DNA of 64,000 bases from Malacoraja senta (lineage: Eukaryota), in NCBI GenBank assembly GCA_038087875.1, contig CM075990.1:10666001-10730000 (forward strand). The letters run 5' to 3'. The notes below the pieces were generated by a model. That model did no database searches and was not told where the DNA came from. It saw only the letters and a list, made by a program, of their open reading frames with translations. Position numbers and translations under genes: made by a program. This document shows, one piece after another, positions 1 through 12,200 of the stretch (the stretch's first letter is position 1; the number at the start of each line of letters is the position of its first letter).

Positions 1-2720
1 GAGGAAGATAGGGGTAAGAAGAGGGAAGGTCTTTGCACCGTCTGCCGTGGCTTGATGAAGTGAGTAAGCCAAGACCACAACATTTTGACAGATTTGTGCA
101 AGCTCAAATATCAGACCCGCATGTAGATCCTGAGCTGCATGAATTGGTACTGAAGCACATGATTCATGGACCGTACTGCAACCACACCTCTCCATGTTGG
201 AACAAAGGAAGATGCAGTAAGAGATTCCCAAAGCCATTTTTCGAGAGCACATGGTGTGGAGATGATTCATATCCTCTGTACATGAGAAGATCTCCAGATA
301 TGGGAGGATTTCAGGGACATCAAGAGAGACGCCGGGATCGACCTATTACTTCTGATTGGGTGATGCCTTATAATGCTCAACTATTGAAGTTGTTCAAAAG
401 TCACATCAATGTTGAGATATGCTCCTCTGTAAAGTCGGTCAAATATGTGATCAAGTACACCTTGAAGGGGAGTGATCAAGCAGTTTTTGGAGTTAACAGG
501 GATGACGAAATTACACAGTACTTGAGTGGCATTGGTCCATCAAAAGCAGTGGCATAAATCCTTGGATTTCCGACTCATGAGAGTCCCTGCTGTCTTTTGA
601 CTCAAGGTACATCTACCACAAGAACAACGAGTCGTCATCAGTCGATGCTGTTCAGCAGGTGATAAATCATGATAACACGTGAACAACTTTAACTGAATTC
701 ATGGCATTGTGCTCTCGAGAGTCATTTGCAAGAACACTGTACTACGCTGATGTTCCCCGATTTTACACATGGAACAAGAGGAGATAGCAAAGAAGGAAGA
801 TTGAGAAGAGAATGGAAGATCTTCCAGGTATTTTTGAAGCCAACGTTCTGGGACGAGTGTATACCGTGTCTCCAAGATGTGATGACCAGTACTACCTGAG
901 ACTGCTTCTCCATCACGTAAAAGGGCCAGTATCCTTTGATTCATTGAAGACACATGATGGAGAAATTCATCCTTCCTTCAAATACGTCTGTAGAGAAAAA
1001 GGTTTGATGCAGACTGACGACCATCGGCAACACACAATGGAAGATGCTAAGAGGACGACTCCCCAGTGCAATGAGAGATTTGTTTGTTATTTTGCTGACG
1101 AATACTGAGATCAACAATCCTCGACAATTATGGGATCGTAATTTACCTTGAAAGAGAATGGAGAACAATCAGTGATCCTAATATCATAATTGATGACAGG
1201 CATCATTATCAGGCTCTGTTGTATATTTAGGACAAGCTTAAGAATCACAACAAAACAATGGAATGCTTTAATTTGCCATGACCAATAAATGAAAAGAGGC
1301 ACCTTGATGGTGACAATCCAGAATTACTACAGGAATTGCAATACAATAGAACTGAACAACAGCAATTTGTTGAAGAGAATGAGCCTTTGTTGAATGCTGA
1401 GCAGAGAGCAGTGTATGGCCAGGTGTGCAACTGCTTGAAAAGGAATCTTCCTTCAGTGTTTTTCATTGATTCACCAGGAGGAACAGGAAAGACATTTATC
1501 ACCAATTTGATCCTCTCCAAAGTTAGAGGTCAAGGTGTTGTTGCTATTGCTGTAGCATCCTCTGTGATAGCCGCTACATTAATGCCTGGTGGAAGAACTG
1601 CACATTCTTGATTCAAGATACCCATCCAAGTGACCAAGGATACATTCTGCAATATTGAGAAGAACTCCAACACGGCAGGTTTGATGAGGCAAGTGAAACT
1701 CATTGTTTGGGATGAGTGCCCGATGATTAGCAGGGAGAGTTTTGAAGTGGTGGACAAAATTCTTCTAGATGTATGTGGCAAGACTAAGTCTATTGGCGGG
1801 ATTCGTACCATTTGTTGTGGTGATTTTCGACAGCTCCTTCCTGTAGTGAAAAGGGGAAATGATGCTGATGTTGAAATTTCCTGCATCAAGAAATCCTACT
1901 TGAGGGGACTTTTCATCAAGTTTCAATTGGAGAGGAATATGCGATTGAGAGCGGGAGAAGGCGACTATTCTCAATTTTTGTTGAAAGTTGGAGAAGACAG
2001 GATTTCAAAGAATGAAGACGATGAAATTGAAATGCCAGAAGACATAGTTCTATCAGCAAGAACACTGGAGGATTGTATTGATTTCATCTATCCCGCATTT
2101 GAAAAGCCTGCAAAATCATTCTCCGAGAATTGTATCTTGGTTCCGCACAATGATACGATGAGAAGTATCAATTCTATATGTATCAGACGCTTCCCTGGAA
2201 TCATTAAGGAGTACTTTTCTTTCAATGCTGTGACTGAAGGAACTATTGCTACTCACTTCCCAAAAGAATTCCTCGATTCACTCGAGATCTCTGGATTACA
2301 ACCACACAAATTGGAGTTGAAAAAAGGATCTCCAATCATGTTAATGAGAAACTTGCAACCCCAAAGGCTACGCAATGGAACGAGGATGCTTGTGAACAGC
2401 TACACAATAATCTGATCGTTGCAAAAATCAACATGGGAGCCTTCAAAGATGAGATTGTTCTGATTCCTAGGATCATTTTCAATTTGACAGAAGGCGAAGA
2501 CATTCCCCTTAGGCGTAATCAATTCCCGATTCAGTCAAGTTTTGCTATGACGATCCTAAAGAGCAAGGACAAACCATGGAGAAGGTGTTGATATACCTCG
2601 AGAAACCGGTATTTCAGCATGGACAAATGTATGTGGCTCTCAGCCGGGGAAAGGCGAAGAAAAATGTCAACGTTTTCCTGAAGGATGGAAGATCAACCAA
2701 GAATGTGCGTGCTTGGTTGA
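1..2720 (+). mobile_element. Degenerate Helitron Rep/helicase (PIF1-like) coding region with stops and frameshifts
   Basis: ORF fragments show Helitron Rep motifs (MIHGP..C..CSKRFPK, HINVEICSSVKSVKY..KY..KGSD, GRVYTVSP..YYLRLLLHHVKGP) and PIF1 motifs (FIDSPGGTGKTF, GGRTAHS, IVWDECPM, GDFRQLLPV, LMRNL..NGTR, QFP..FAMT, HGQMYVALSR). Confidence 0.93.
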
Positions 2721-3242
2721 ACGATGACTTCTGAGATAAATTCTCAGATTTTCTTCAAGTTGAATTTGACCACTCAATAATATTAAAGTTGTGTGAAATC
2801 CTTGTGTAATTAACTTTATACTGTGAATGGGACAAGTTTCAGGGCGAGGATCTCCAACAAAGAATGTTCACGATAAACAGACAAAAGTTTAAAGATTAGA
2901 TTATTTTTTTTAAACGACCATTTTGATTTATTTTTTTAAATAAATCACCGTTTTAATCCATTACTTCCATGTTCAATAATTGATAACATTTTATTTATGT
3001 TTATAAATATCTACATCCTGATAAATATCTGTCTATTTTTACATCATGCTAAGACAAGGGAGCAGATGAGTTGCAGGATGGTCAAGGAACTACGCTAAGA
3101 GACGTCGAGAAGCAGTAAGGAGCAGAAGGGAACAAGAGATGCCATAAGAAAGGACTGAACGTCTCGAGGATCTCTGAGAAAAAGCACAAGACAGAAGGGA
3201 TGAATACATGCAACAAGAACTGAATGTCTCAAAGATCTCCTC

Positions 3243-3244
3243 TG

Positions 3245-3287
<43 letters not shown>
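3243..3287. repeat. Compound (TG)n(CGTG)n microsatellite
   Basis: Directly visible. Confidence 0.95.
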
Positions 3288-3845
3288 ATTTCTAAGTGGA
3301 CTACATGATTATGGAGCATGTCATAATACGCATGTGAGCTCTCCGTCAGAGACCTTCAGAGCTTCTTCACAGACAAATCTTCATAACACAGTCTTTTGAT
3401 TAATAAATTCTTTATTGTTGATGAAAAACAATAAGATACATCCAACCTTCTTCCGACTCGTACACTATAATCTTCATCGAACTCTAGCTTATCGTTTTAA
3501 AGATTAGAAAACTCCTCGTGTCTCCGTTACACTTCGCATGGCCAAAAGGTATGCCTTCCTCATGCAAGTCCAAAACTAAAACTAAAAACTAAGCTTCTGC
3601 ACAAGAAACTTAGCTCCAAACACGCCCTAGAATACGTCATAAATCCCACCCACATAATAACGGGCAGTCTAAAATTTAAAGACACATGCCATAATTAATG
3701 ACACACAAAATAAGCCAAATGGCCACTACATACCAACCCCTAATTGTTCCGAGTATATAACGAGGCAATTATTAATAAACATCAAAAAAGTAGCCATGTA
3801 GGCTTTACATATATCCAAAACAAAAAATCAGGGAATTGAACCCCG

Positions 3846-3918
3846 TGGCTCCCCTTTGGGGAAATGAACCCGTCTCCCGCGTGACAGGCGGGGATACTAA
3901 TCACTATACTAACGAGGA
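3846..3918 (-). pseudogene. tRNA-Asp(GTC)-derived copy with encoded CCA end
   Basis: Reverse complement reads tcctcgttagtatagtgattagtatccccgcct-GTC-acgcgggagacgggttcatttccccaaaggggag-CCA. It matches vertebrate tRNA-Asp but has a damaged T-arm. Confidence 0.9.
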
Positions 3919-6900
3919 AAATAGCATGCACTATATATTCGCAATCAGAATTCTTCATCGACTCTTCCATCTTCACTTTCGCCTTCTAGAAGCAAGCATA
4001 ACTTGATTATTGATTTTATTCAAACACTGTTTTTAGTGTAAAGTCGTACCGTGCGCACCAAACCCTTAAACTCAGGCATGATACCCAGTATATAGTCCAA
4101 AACACAAGTCCAAAGTTTTGACAACATGAAACGTCTTCCTCCATGTCCGATCAACTCATGGATGTGTTGTAACAACAATGTTGAAGTGTGAAAATCCTTC
4201 AAAAGAATAACAGGATTTTTAGCAATAAAGTTCACCGTTAGGTTTGATTTAATTTCCGGATCATTAGCAGAGATTTCAAATCCCAGCTCAAGCTTTGGCC
4301 ATTCTCTGTCTGGCTTACAGAGAGACTTTAGTTCATTGATCCATCTCTTATCATTTAAGAAGCGGTTCGCCGTCAGTTCTCTGGAAACTTCATCCGCAGG
4401 ATTTTCTTTTGTGTTAACATATTTCAGTTGTGCAACATTAGTAACTTCCAATGCTCTTTCCATTGGCAGATTGTCTCTGTCCAAATCCAACTCTCTGGTT
4501 TCTTTAGTTCTATCATCTGCTGGAATGCTTTCACAATTGTCGCTGATCCACTTAGAAAGTGTGAATCCTCCCTTATTGCAAAGGGAAGTCAGATGTCTTA
4601 CTGGTTGAATTGCTTCCTGTTCAGTAGACATGGATTTTAAGCAATCATCCACGTAGAAATTATTCTTCAAAGAGATTATTACTTCATGAAATTTAGTATT
4701 CTCGCCAAACTTGCGTTTCAAATTCTGGTGGCTTTGCTCTGCCTTATGACGATTATTCGGCAGATTAATACTTTCTTGTTTGAAAGGTAAGTCCAGACAA
4801 TAGTGTCAATCTTTACTGAGTAGTTCATAATATCCATGAACTTCAACTCCTCATTCAACATCTCTTCAGATTCTTTATTGGTACTTTCATTAAAGTCATG
4901 ATGGTATTGCTTCATCACCGGCTTTTCTAATTTATCAGTAAATATTTGATTAACAGCAATGGTAGGATAGTTCTTCTGATTCCCGATTTCGTGGTTCCTT
5001 TTCTAGGAGCCATAGATAACCCACCCAAGTCGGGTTTTTGTCGCATACGGTCCATCACCTTGGCTCCTCACAATTTGTATAGGGTCCAATGCCTTAAAAA
5101 CATTTGTTACGATAAGTAGATCAACACTAGAATTTATTTCAGATATCTTGACATCCTTCAGGTAAGGCCATTGTTTCAAGTCTTCATGTCTTGGTATATT
5201 TTGAAGACCAACAGGCATGGTTCCATGTGTAAACACTTCAGATATTGGTATAAAATTATCTTCATCCAGACTGGATATCTCCATACTTGTAATGTAATGA
5301 CTCATGCTCTCTTTATTCATGGTACGCAACCTATTCTTAGTCTCTTTTCCTGTGATGTTCAGCCTTCTCGTCAGGTTATCTGTGCAAAAGGTAGTCAAAC
5401 TTCTGTGATCCAAAAAAGCATATGTTTGCAACACTGTATTCATCTTAGTATTCCTCACCTGTACTGGTAAGATAGAAAAAATACAAGCTCCAACCCCGGC
5501 CCCAATATGAGCAGTTACTTGAGGCGAGGTGATACTATCACTAGTAGTTGACTTCTTCTTCTGTTCCGTTTGTTCCAGTTCCTCCTCTTCTATTTGTTCT
5601 GGTAGCTCTTCTATTTGTTCCAGTTCTTCCTCTTCTATTTGCGCTGATAGCTCTTCTTCTATTTGTTCCGATTCTTCCTCTTCCGAATGCCCTGGTGTGC
5701 CCTTCTAAGTATGAAGTGCTTCAGGATGATATTGCCTGCACTTATAACAAATTATAGGACCCTTACAGTCTCTCACCATATGTCCTTTTTCCAAACATCC
5801 AAAACAGATTCACTTCTCTTTCAAGAAATCCATCTATTCTTCATATTCTTTCATCTTGAATCTTCAACACCATCTTATGGTGTGACCAACTTCATCACAT
5901 AACAAACAAAATACTAATTGCTTGCTAGTAGATACATTTCCTTTCATTCCATCTGTCGTTTCCACAGGTATGGTTGTGATAGCAAAATTACTTCTCTTAG
6001 GTTCTGATCTTTCTTCAGTTTTGGTAAAGGTAGAACCTTTGTTAGTTGCAATTGGTTTATGATCTTCAATAGTTCCGTGGTGTGGCTCTAACATGTACCA
6101 TACTTCCCTTTCTAAGAATTTCAACAGGTCTGGTAGCCTGGCTACTTGGTTCCTCTCATCCAATATTTTGCCTGCTTTATCTCTCCACTTTTCTCTGTCT
6201 TCTGGGCAACTTGCTAATAATGTCTCAAGTATTACTTGCAAGATTCATTTCCTCCATGTGGCCGAGATTTTTCATCGAGCTGCAACAACCTCTCAGAAAT
6301 ATTGCATAATTACTCAATGCCGCCCCATCTTCTGGCTTGATTTCTTTCCAAGCATGGGCCTTCTCCATGTATGCATTAGCAATTCTCTGTTCATTAACAT
6401 AACGTTCTTTAAGTAACCTTCTCGCCTTTTTATAGCCATGGCTGTCTGGCTCATTTTGACAACTTTCTACAAGTACCTGAACACTTCCGCTTGTGTACTT
6501 CACCAGAAATCGTAAGCGCTCCTTTTCATCCATAATTTTCGTTTCTAAAACTTCTTCTAATGCCCTTACGAAAGCTTCATACTGCAAAGGATCTCCATCA
6601 TATGTAGGAATTTCTGCTGGTGGTAGAATGAGAGAGGTATTTTGTCAAGCTATGATCTGGTTGAATTCAGCTTGCCTATTCGCCAATGTCAATTATCCAT
6701 CCTGATAACCTTGGCTTGGGTCCAACGAACGATAGACAGGCCTTGGCTCAAACTGGCTTGCTCGAGCCTGTGCACCAGGCCTCGGAAAAGCGTGGTCCGC
6801 TATTGGTTTGTCCCAAGCATCTATAAACGCTCCATAAGTAGTTTGTTTCGATCTAGCACTCATTTGCTGAGATGAAGTTTTACCCATCTTCCAATGGGTT

Positions 6901-7264
6901 TTCAAAGCCACTTTTTCCTCTTGGTCCAGAGCTCATCGTCTTCGATGATCTAGAGCTGCATCTTGAACCCTTTCTTTCTAGTATCTCCTTCTATGTTGGC
7001 CACCGCCATCTTTGTGTCTACTTCCAGTTGTTCCTTTCGTCGCCTCAGCTCCTTTTTCCGTTCTTCTAGTCGCCTTATCCGTTCATCTCGTCTCCTCTTC
7101 TTCTTACCGCCTCATCTCTTCTTTCCGTTCTTCTTGTCGCTCAATCTCATGTTTCTGTTGCATCTTCTCTTTTTTCATCTGCTCTTCTCGCTCAATTTCA
7201 TGTTTCTTCTTCAAGGCATCCGCTTCTATTGAGAGAGCGGCTAAATCAGCTTCATTCGAGCAGA

Positions 7265-7737
7265 AACCCTCGATACCGAACTGGCTGTACAACCAGATTT
7301 ATGTCCTGATCTTCGTGGGGGAGAGAAGGGGAGAGAAGATCAGGCAATTTATAACAAAGTTTAGCGGGCATTTTACATTACTGGTCGGTTTTCCTTGGTC
7401 CTGAAAACTCAAATGAGCCAATTAAAATGCCCAGTCAGCGAAGGAGATTGCCTATGGCTGCCCTTGACTGCCTATAACTACATAGCTACCCCACTCCACT
7501 ACGATTTCAAAAGAACCATGCCGACCAATTTTTACTCGTGGAAAAAATTTCAACGTGCTGAAAAAATTTCCTTGATCTGAGGCCGCAGGTATGCGGGAAC
7601 TTCCCTCGAGCATGAAGGAGAGTTCCAGTGACCTCATAGGGCCTCCTAGGACCACGTGTCGACCATGCTGCGAGTTTGAGTCAAGGGCAAACTCTTCTAA
7701 ACTCGCAGATTAGGTCGCCACAGTGGGACAGCCCCTT
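7265..7737. mobile_element. Truncated Harbinger-like MITE nested in the BEL element
   Basis: Ends in gtgggacagcccctt, the terminus type seen at 15381 and 18521. Internal sequence resembles 18100-18520. The left boundary is approximate. Confidence 0.6.
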
Positions 7738-9490
7738 TACTTCAAAACAATCCAAGGTTGGACTGGCTGGATATCTCCAGACAGTGGAAAAACATTTTTA
7801 TGCTATCTTCCAAGCTAGTGGCTCGCTTTCTGGCTCTTCTTACAGAAGCCGTTTAAAATTAAAGCTTTTCAGCTTCAAAATTCAAAGAGATAATAGTCGA
7901 TTTTACTCACAATTTTCGTGATAATGTCTTCAGATAAGTCGTGTCACTGTCGATAAACCTCAAGGCCATCTCTGGCCGAGATCTATTGTCTTCAGTTCCT
8001 CGGCTGGAACCGGTCTTCTGGCCAAAACTTCTATCGAGATCTTAGCCAAGTCTTCTGTCCCACTCTCTGGGACTGGGTTTCACCCCCCGTCAGAGGTAAC
8101 CTTTGACTTAATATAGCGGTAGATTCAAGAGATTACTCCTTCTAGCCACTAAGTGGACTACATGATTAAGGAGAATGTCGTAATACGCATGTGAGCTCTC
8201 CGTCAGAGACCTTCAGAGCTTCTTCACTGATAAATCTTCATAACACAGTCTTTTGATTAATAGATTCTTTATTGTTGATGAAAACAATAAGGTACATCCA
8301 ACCTTCTTCTGTACACTATAATCTTCATCGAACTCTAGCTTATCGCTTTAAAGGTTAGAAAACTCCTCGTGTCTCCGTTACACTTTGCATGGTCAAAGGG
8401 TATGCTTTCCTCATGCAAGTCCAAAACTAAAACAAAAAACTAAGCTTCTGCGCAAGAAACTTAGCTCCAGACACGCCCTAGAATACGTCATAAATCCCAC
8501 CCACATAATAACAGGCAGTCTAAAATTTAAAGACTCATGCCATAATTAATGACACACAAAATATGCCAAATGGCCACTACACCCAGAGAGTCCGAAATCG
8601 CCTTATCTGAAAATGTTGTGCTTTATTTCTTGTTATTAATGAAAATCTTCACAATCCGATCAATCTTTGAAATCAAATGCCTGTTTTTGCTGATGATGTC
8701 ACAATGGATCTGCCTGCCTGCCGTCTGCTCGTGCTGTGAGTGACATCAGCCCCCCATCGCTCCCTCCTCCTTGCCAAATTTCAAAATCCACGGATAAATC
8801 TATCTCTTCCTCTTTTTTCAGTTTTTTCCTGTCTCATGTCTGGTGGGGGAGGAGGGGGAATAGAGGGAATGGAGGGGGTGTGGGGGAGGTAGGGAGTGGC
8901 GAATAGAGGGAGAGGAGGGCAGTGGGGGAGGTGAGGAGGGATAGTGGAGGGGACAGAGGGAGGTGAGGAGTGGGGAGGTATGGAATAGAGGGATATGAGG
9001 GGGGTAGGGTGGGGAGATGAGTTATGGAGGGAGAGAATGAATGAGGGTAGGGAAAAGGAGAGGGAGGGAGAGGTGAGGTGAGGGAGGGATTGGGGAGGGG
9101 AGGTGGAGTGGGGAAAGAAGAGGGAGGGGGAGGGAGTGCTGGGGGATGAGGGGAAATGAGCCACGTCTGCGCAGTTGGGGGCTATGGGTGAGTGGTGGAA
9201 TATTGCGTTGGGGAAACGGGTTGCGTTGAGGGAATGGGTGAGTGGTGCAATATTGCGTTTGGGGAACGGGGTCCAACGGGTCCCACGGGCTAATATCTAT
9301 ATTCCTAAAAGTCTGATCTTGACCACTTCCTGTTGTTCTGATTTTAGAAAAAACGCTGCCACTTATGGCTGTGATTTTTGGTCATCTTACTCAGAGTCCC
9401 CCTCTGCTGCGCAGGACAAGAGGATTTTTCCCATCAATGAAAAATAAGAGTTATTAGTGTTTAAAAAATGTTGAGATTCTCTCCCCTGAA

Positions 9491-9562
9491 GGCCACGCCC
9501 CTTCCAAAGGGACTATAAAACCCGGAAGTGCGGAGGTGCCTCAGTTCTCCGCCAGATGGCGG
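9491..9562 (+). promoter_or_regulatory. Pol II core-promoter-like module inside a Helitron-like unit
   Basis: KLF/Sp box ggccacgccc 9491-9500, TATAAAA 9514-9520, ETS ccggaagtg 9522-9530, Inr tcagtt 9541-9546 and YY1-like agatggcgg 9554-9562. Confidence 0.5.
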
Positions 9563-9697
9563 AGCGAGAGGTCACAATTCTCAGTCTGAGCTGTGAATAA
9601 CACTGAACACGTGTCTATTAAACTGTGAGTGGTTTTACTGACCTGTCAGTGCCCTTAATGTGGTTTGAAAATGTAGTTTGAAAATGCAAAAGTGTGT

Positions 9698-9897
9698 TTT
9701 GGTTTTAAAGTGCTAAAGCGAGCTGCGTTGCCTTTGGTTTTGAAAGTGCTAAAGCGAGCTGCGTTGCCTTTGGTTTTGAAAGTGCTAAAGCGAGCTGCCT
9801 TGCCTTTGGTTTTGAAAGTGCTAAAGCGAGCTGCCTTGCCTTTGGTTTTGAAAGTGCTAAAGCGAGCTGCCTTGCCTTTGGTTTTGAAAGTGCTAAA
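9698..9897 (+). repeat. 36-bp minisatellite (tttggttttgaaagtgctaaagcgagctgccttgcc), resuming at 11820-11876
   Basis: About 5.5 visible units, interrupted by a DNA transposon and resuming after it. Confidence 0.95.
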
Positions 9898-11819
9898 CAG
9901 GGCTCTCGCTTAACTTTTTTTCCCTGTTGCCAGCCGGGCAACCTTGGCAGCTTTTTAGGTTGCCAAATGACAGTTTAGGTGGTCATTTAAGATGGCTTGC
10001 ATGACGCGTGCCATAATGTGCTCGGACGAAGTGCGTAGTTACCAGTCGGAATTATACTCAATGAAGCATTCACATATTATTTCTGCTTCAAATAAAGTCA
10101 CAAACTAAACATATTCACCAATCAAGACATGATATATCCCACAATGACATGCAGCAAAATTATAAGACAGTATCTCAACTCTTTTTACACATTGCAATTA
10201 ATGCAATTTCTATTAGTTCTTTCCACTTCCAAACAAAAATGTGGTTGGATTATTCAGCGTATGATCAACTTGTGTCAATAAATCCTGAACCATGGTAACA
10301 TATATGCGTACGTATAGTTGTGAATGTTGCTCATTAAATAACTCCAGTAATGATACTCCATATTAAGAGCATTGATTTGCCGTTAAAATGAATTCTGTAA
10401 TAACGTGTCAACGGCAGCACTGACAATCGAACACTGCCGTTTTAATGTTTAACGTGTTCACAATTTAATTAATCCATCTTTATGGATTAAAACAAATAAT
10501 AACATTGGGAATTAAAACACATTTGATTGCATTCCGTTATCAAACATAGTCAATGTTCGCTCTGAAGACATTTCCAGCACAATAGGGTTAGGGAGGGGTG
10601 TGTGTGTGAATCAGTGCGGGGTGGATAGATGGCGGGGGTGGGGTGTTAGAAGGCAGTCGGTGCAAAATGGATGGATTGAGGCAGGTGAATTAGTACGTGT
10701 TGGTTGGAGTAGGTAAAATTGTGAGGGGAGAACACCAGGGATGTCAGTGGTGTTGAATGGGGGGGGTTCAGTACTGGATGGATGGGGGTAGACAAAAGTG
10801 CTGGAGAAACTCAGCGGGTGAGGCAGCATCTATGGAGCGAAGGAACTAGGCAACATTTCAGGTCAAGACCCTTCTTCAGACTGTTCCCCCCATTCTTCTT
10901 GAATGGGAGGATCAGTACAGGATGGATGGGGGGGGAGATCAGCGCAGGATGAATGGGGGGGGTCAGTACAGTGTGGATCGGAGGGTCTGTGCAGGATGAA
11001 TGGGGGATCACTACAGGATGAATGAGGGGAAGGGGGGAAGGTGCAGGGTAAATGGAGGGTGGGTCAGTACGGGATGAATGCGTGGATTAGTACAGGATGG
11101 ATGGAGGATCAGTACAGGATGGATGGAGAAGTGCAGGATGGATGGGAAAGGGGTAAGTACAGGGTGAATTGGGGAACCAGTGTAGGATGGATGGGGGGGG
11201 GGGGTGGCAGGAGAATCAATGCGATGTGGATAGGGTGATCAGCGCAGGATGAATAGATGGGGGGGGGGGTAGATGTGGAGGGGAGCACATGGGATGTCAG
11301 TGAGGACTGAATAGAGGCGGGAATGGGGATCAGTGCGTGATGTGCTTGTAAATCCGCTAACCGCGCTTTCAAAACAAACCCTCCCGCACTCCGAGGCCGA
11401 GAGGAGGGAGGGAGGGAGTGGGAGGCCTCGGAGTGCGGGAGGGTTTGTTTTGAAAGCGCGGTTAGCGGATTTACAAGCAGAGGCCCTTATCAGGGTGGGC
11501 GGGGGCGGGAGGAGGAGGAGATGGAGCCGCTGTCGCTGCCGCTGCTGCCGCTGTTCGGGGCCCGTCATTCGCTCCAACCCTTCGTCACCCCGCACCTAGT
11601 ATCTTTGGCCCGCACGACAGCCGTCGCCGACACGAAACGTCGCGTTCCTTTTCTCCAGAGATGCTGCCTGACCCGCGGAGTTACTCCAGTTTTTGTGTCT
11701 ATCTTCGGTACAAACCAGTATCTGGTTGCCAAGCCGGGCAAAATGACTCGGTGTTTAAGTTGCCCGGCGGCGCTTTGAGTGGTCAGTGGCACCCGGGCAA
11801 CCGCTAATTTCGAGCCCTG
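9898..11819 (+). mobile_element. Non-autonomous hAT-like DNA transposon with a 5-bp TSD (ctaaa)
   Basis: Termini CAGGGCTC...GAGCCCTG, subterminal ccgggcaacc repeats, and homology to 34337-36962. Confidence 0.82.
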
Positions 11820-11875
11820 CTAAAGCGAGCTGCCTTGCCTTTGGTTTTGAAAGTGCTAAAGCGAGCTGCCTTGCC

Positions 11876-12200
11876 TTTTTTTAATTTATTTTTTATTATT
11901 ATTTTTATTAGAAGCAATTGTACAAAGACAAAACATTCGGCATCTAAAATGATACAATTATTGTACAGCCTCATTTTTAACTATAACCTGAAAATGAAAG
12001 AAAAGAAGAGAGCAAGAGAGGGAAAAAGTGAGAAGTGAAAAGATAGCTCGAAAAAGCACATAGAAAAGACCCCTAGACTACCAAAGTAGTGTGGCCGAAA
12101 AGAAAGTAGCAATAAAATAAAAAAAAATAAAAAAGGAAAGTGGAGATATACCGCCAGCCCAAGAATCCATTCGGCCCACAATGTCCATACTAGCCTTCTG
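11876..12200 (-). mobile_element. Probable 3' end of a LINE (A-rich tail on the minus strand)
   Basis: Starts with a T-rich tract and interrupts the minisatellite; little coding evidence. Confidence 0.4.

Larger units (their letters stand above)
3293..8581 (-). mobile_element. BEL/Pao LTR retrotransposon, internally deleted and degenerate; LTRs 3293-3730 and 8150-8581
   Basis: Two similar direct repeats of about 435 bp. Minus-strand gag (PPAEIPTYDGDPLQYEAF, CLLCDEVGH..C), protease-like (TYAFLD), RT ([10 protein letters not shown]) and RNase H (ENPADEVSR) fragments. Purine-rich tract next to the left LTR. Confidence 0.92.

Noticed and set aside
1336..2415. Host PIF1 helicase gene
   Set aside because: Intronless, interrupted by stops and frameshifts, and linked to Helitron Rep motifs.
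3846..3918. Functional tRNA-Asp gene
   Set aside because: Damaged T-arm and B-box, encoded CCA and location inside a retroelement indicate a retrocopy.
3286..8588. TSD and canonical PBS for the first BEL element
   Set aside because: The flanks (atttc / cccag) do not match, and I could not assign the TGG-starting sequence after the 5' LTR to a tRNA.
8781..9276. Pro/Ser-rich ORFs, also at 10611-11372, 12632-12940 and 35332-36266
   Set aside because: Low-complexity G-rich tracts inside transposons.
9692..9941. Repetitive ORFs (LKVLKRAALPLV)n and (LALSKPKARQLA)n
   Set aside because: Translations of a 36-bp minisatellite. There are no spacers, so it is not a CRISPR array either.
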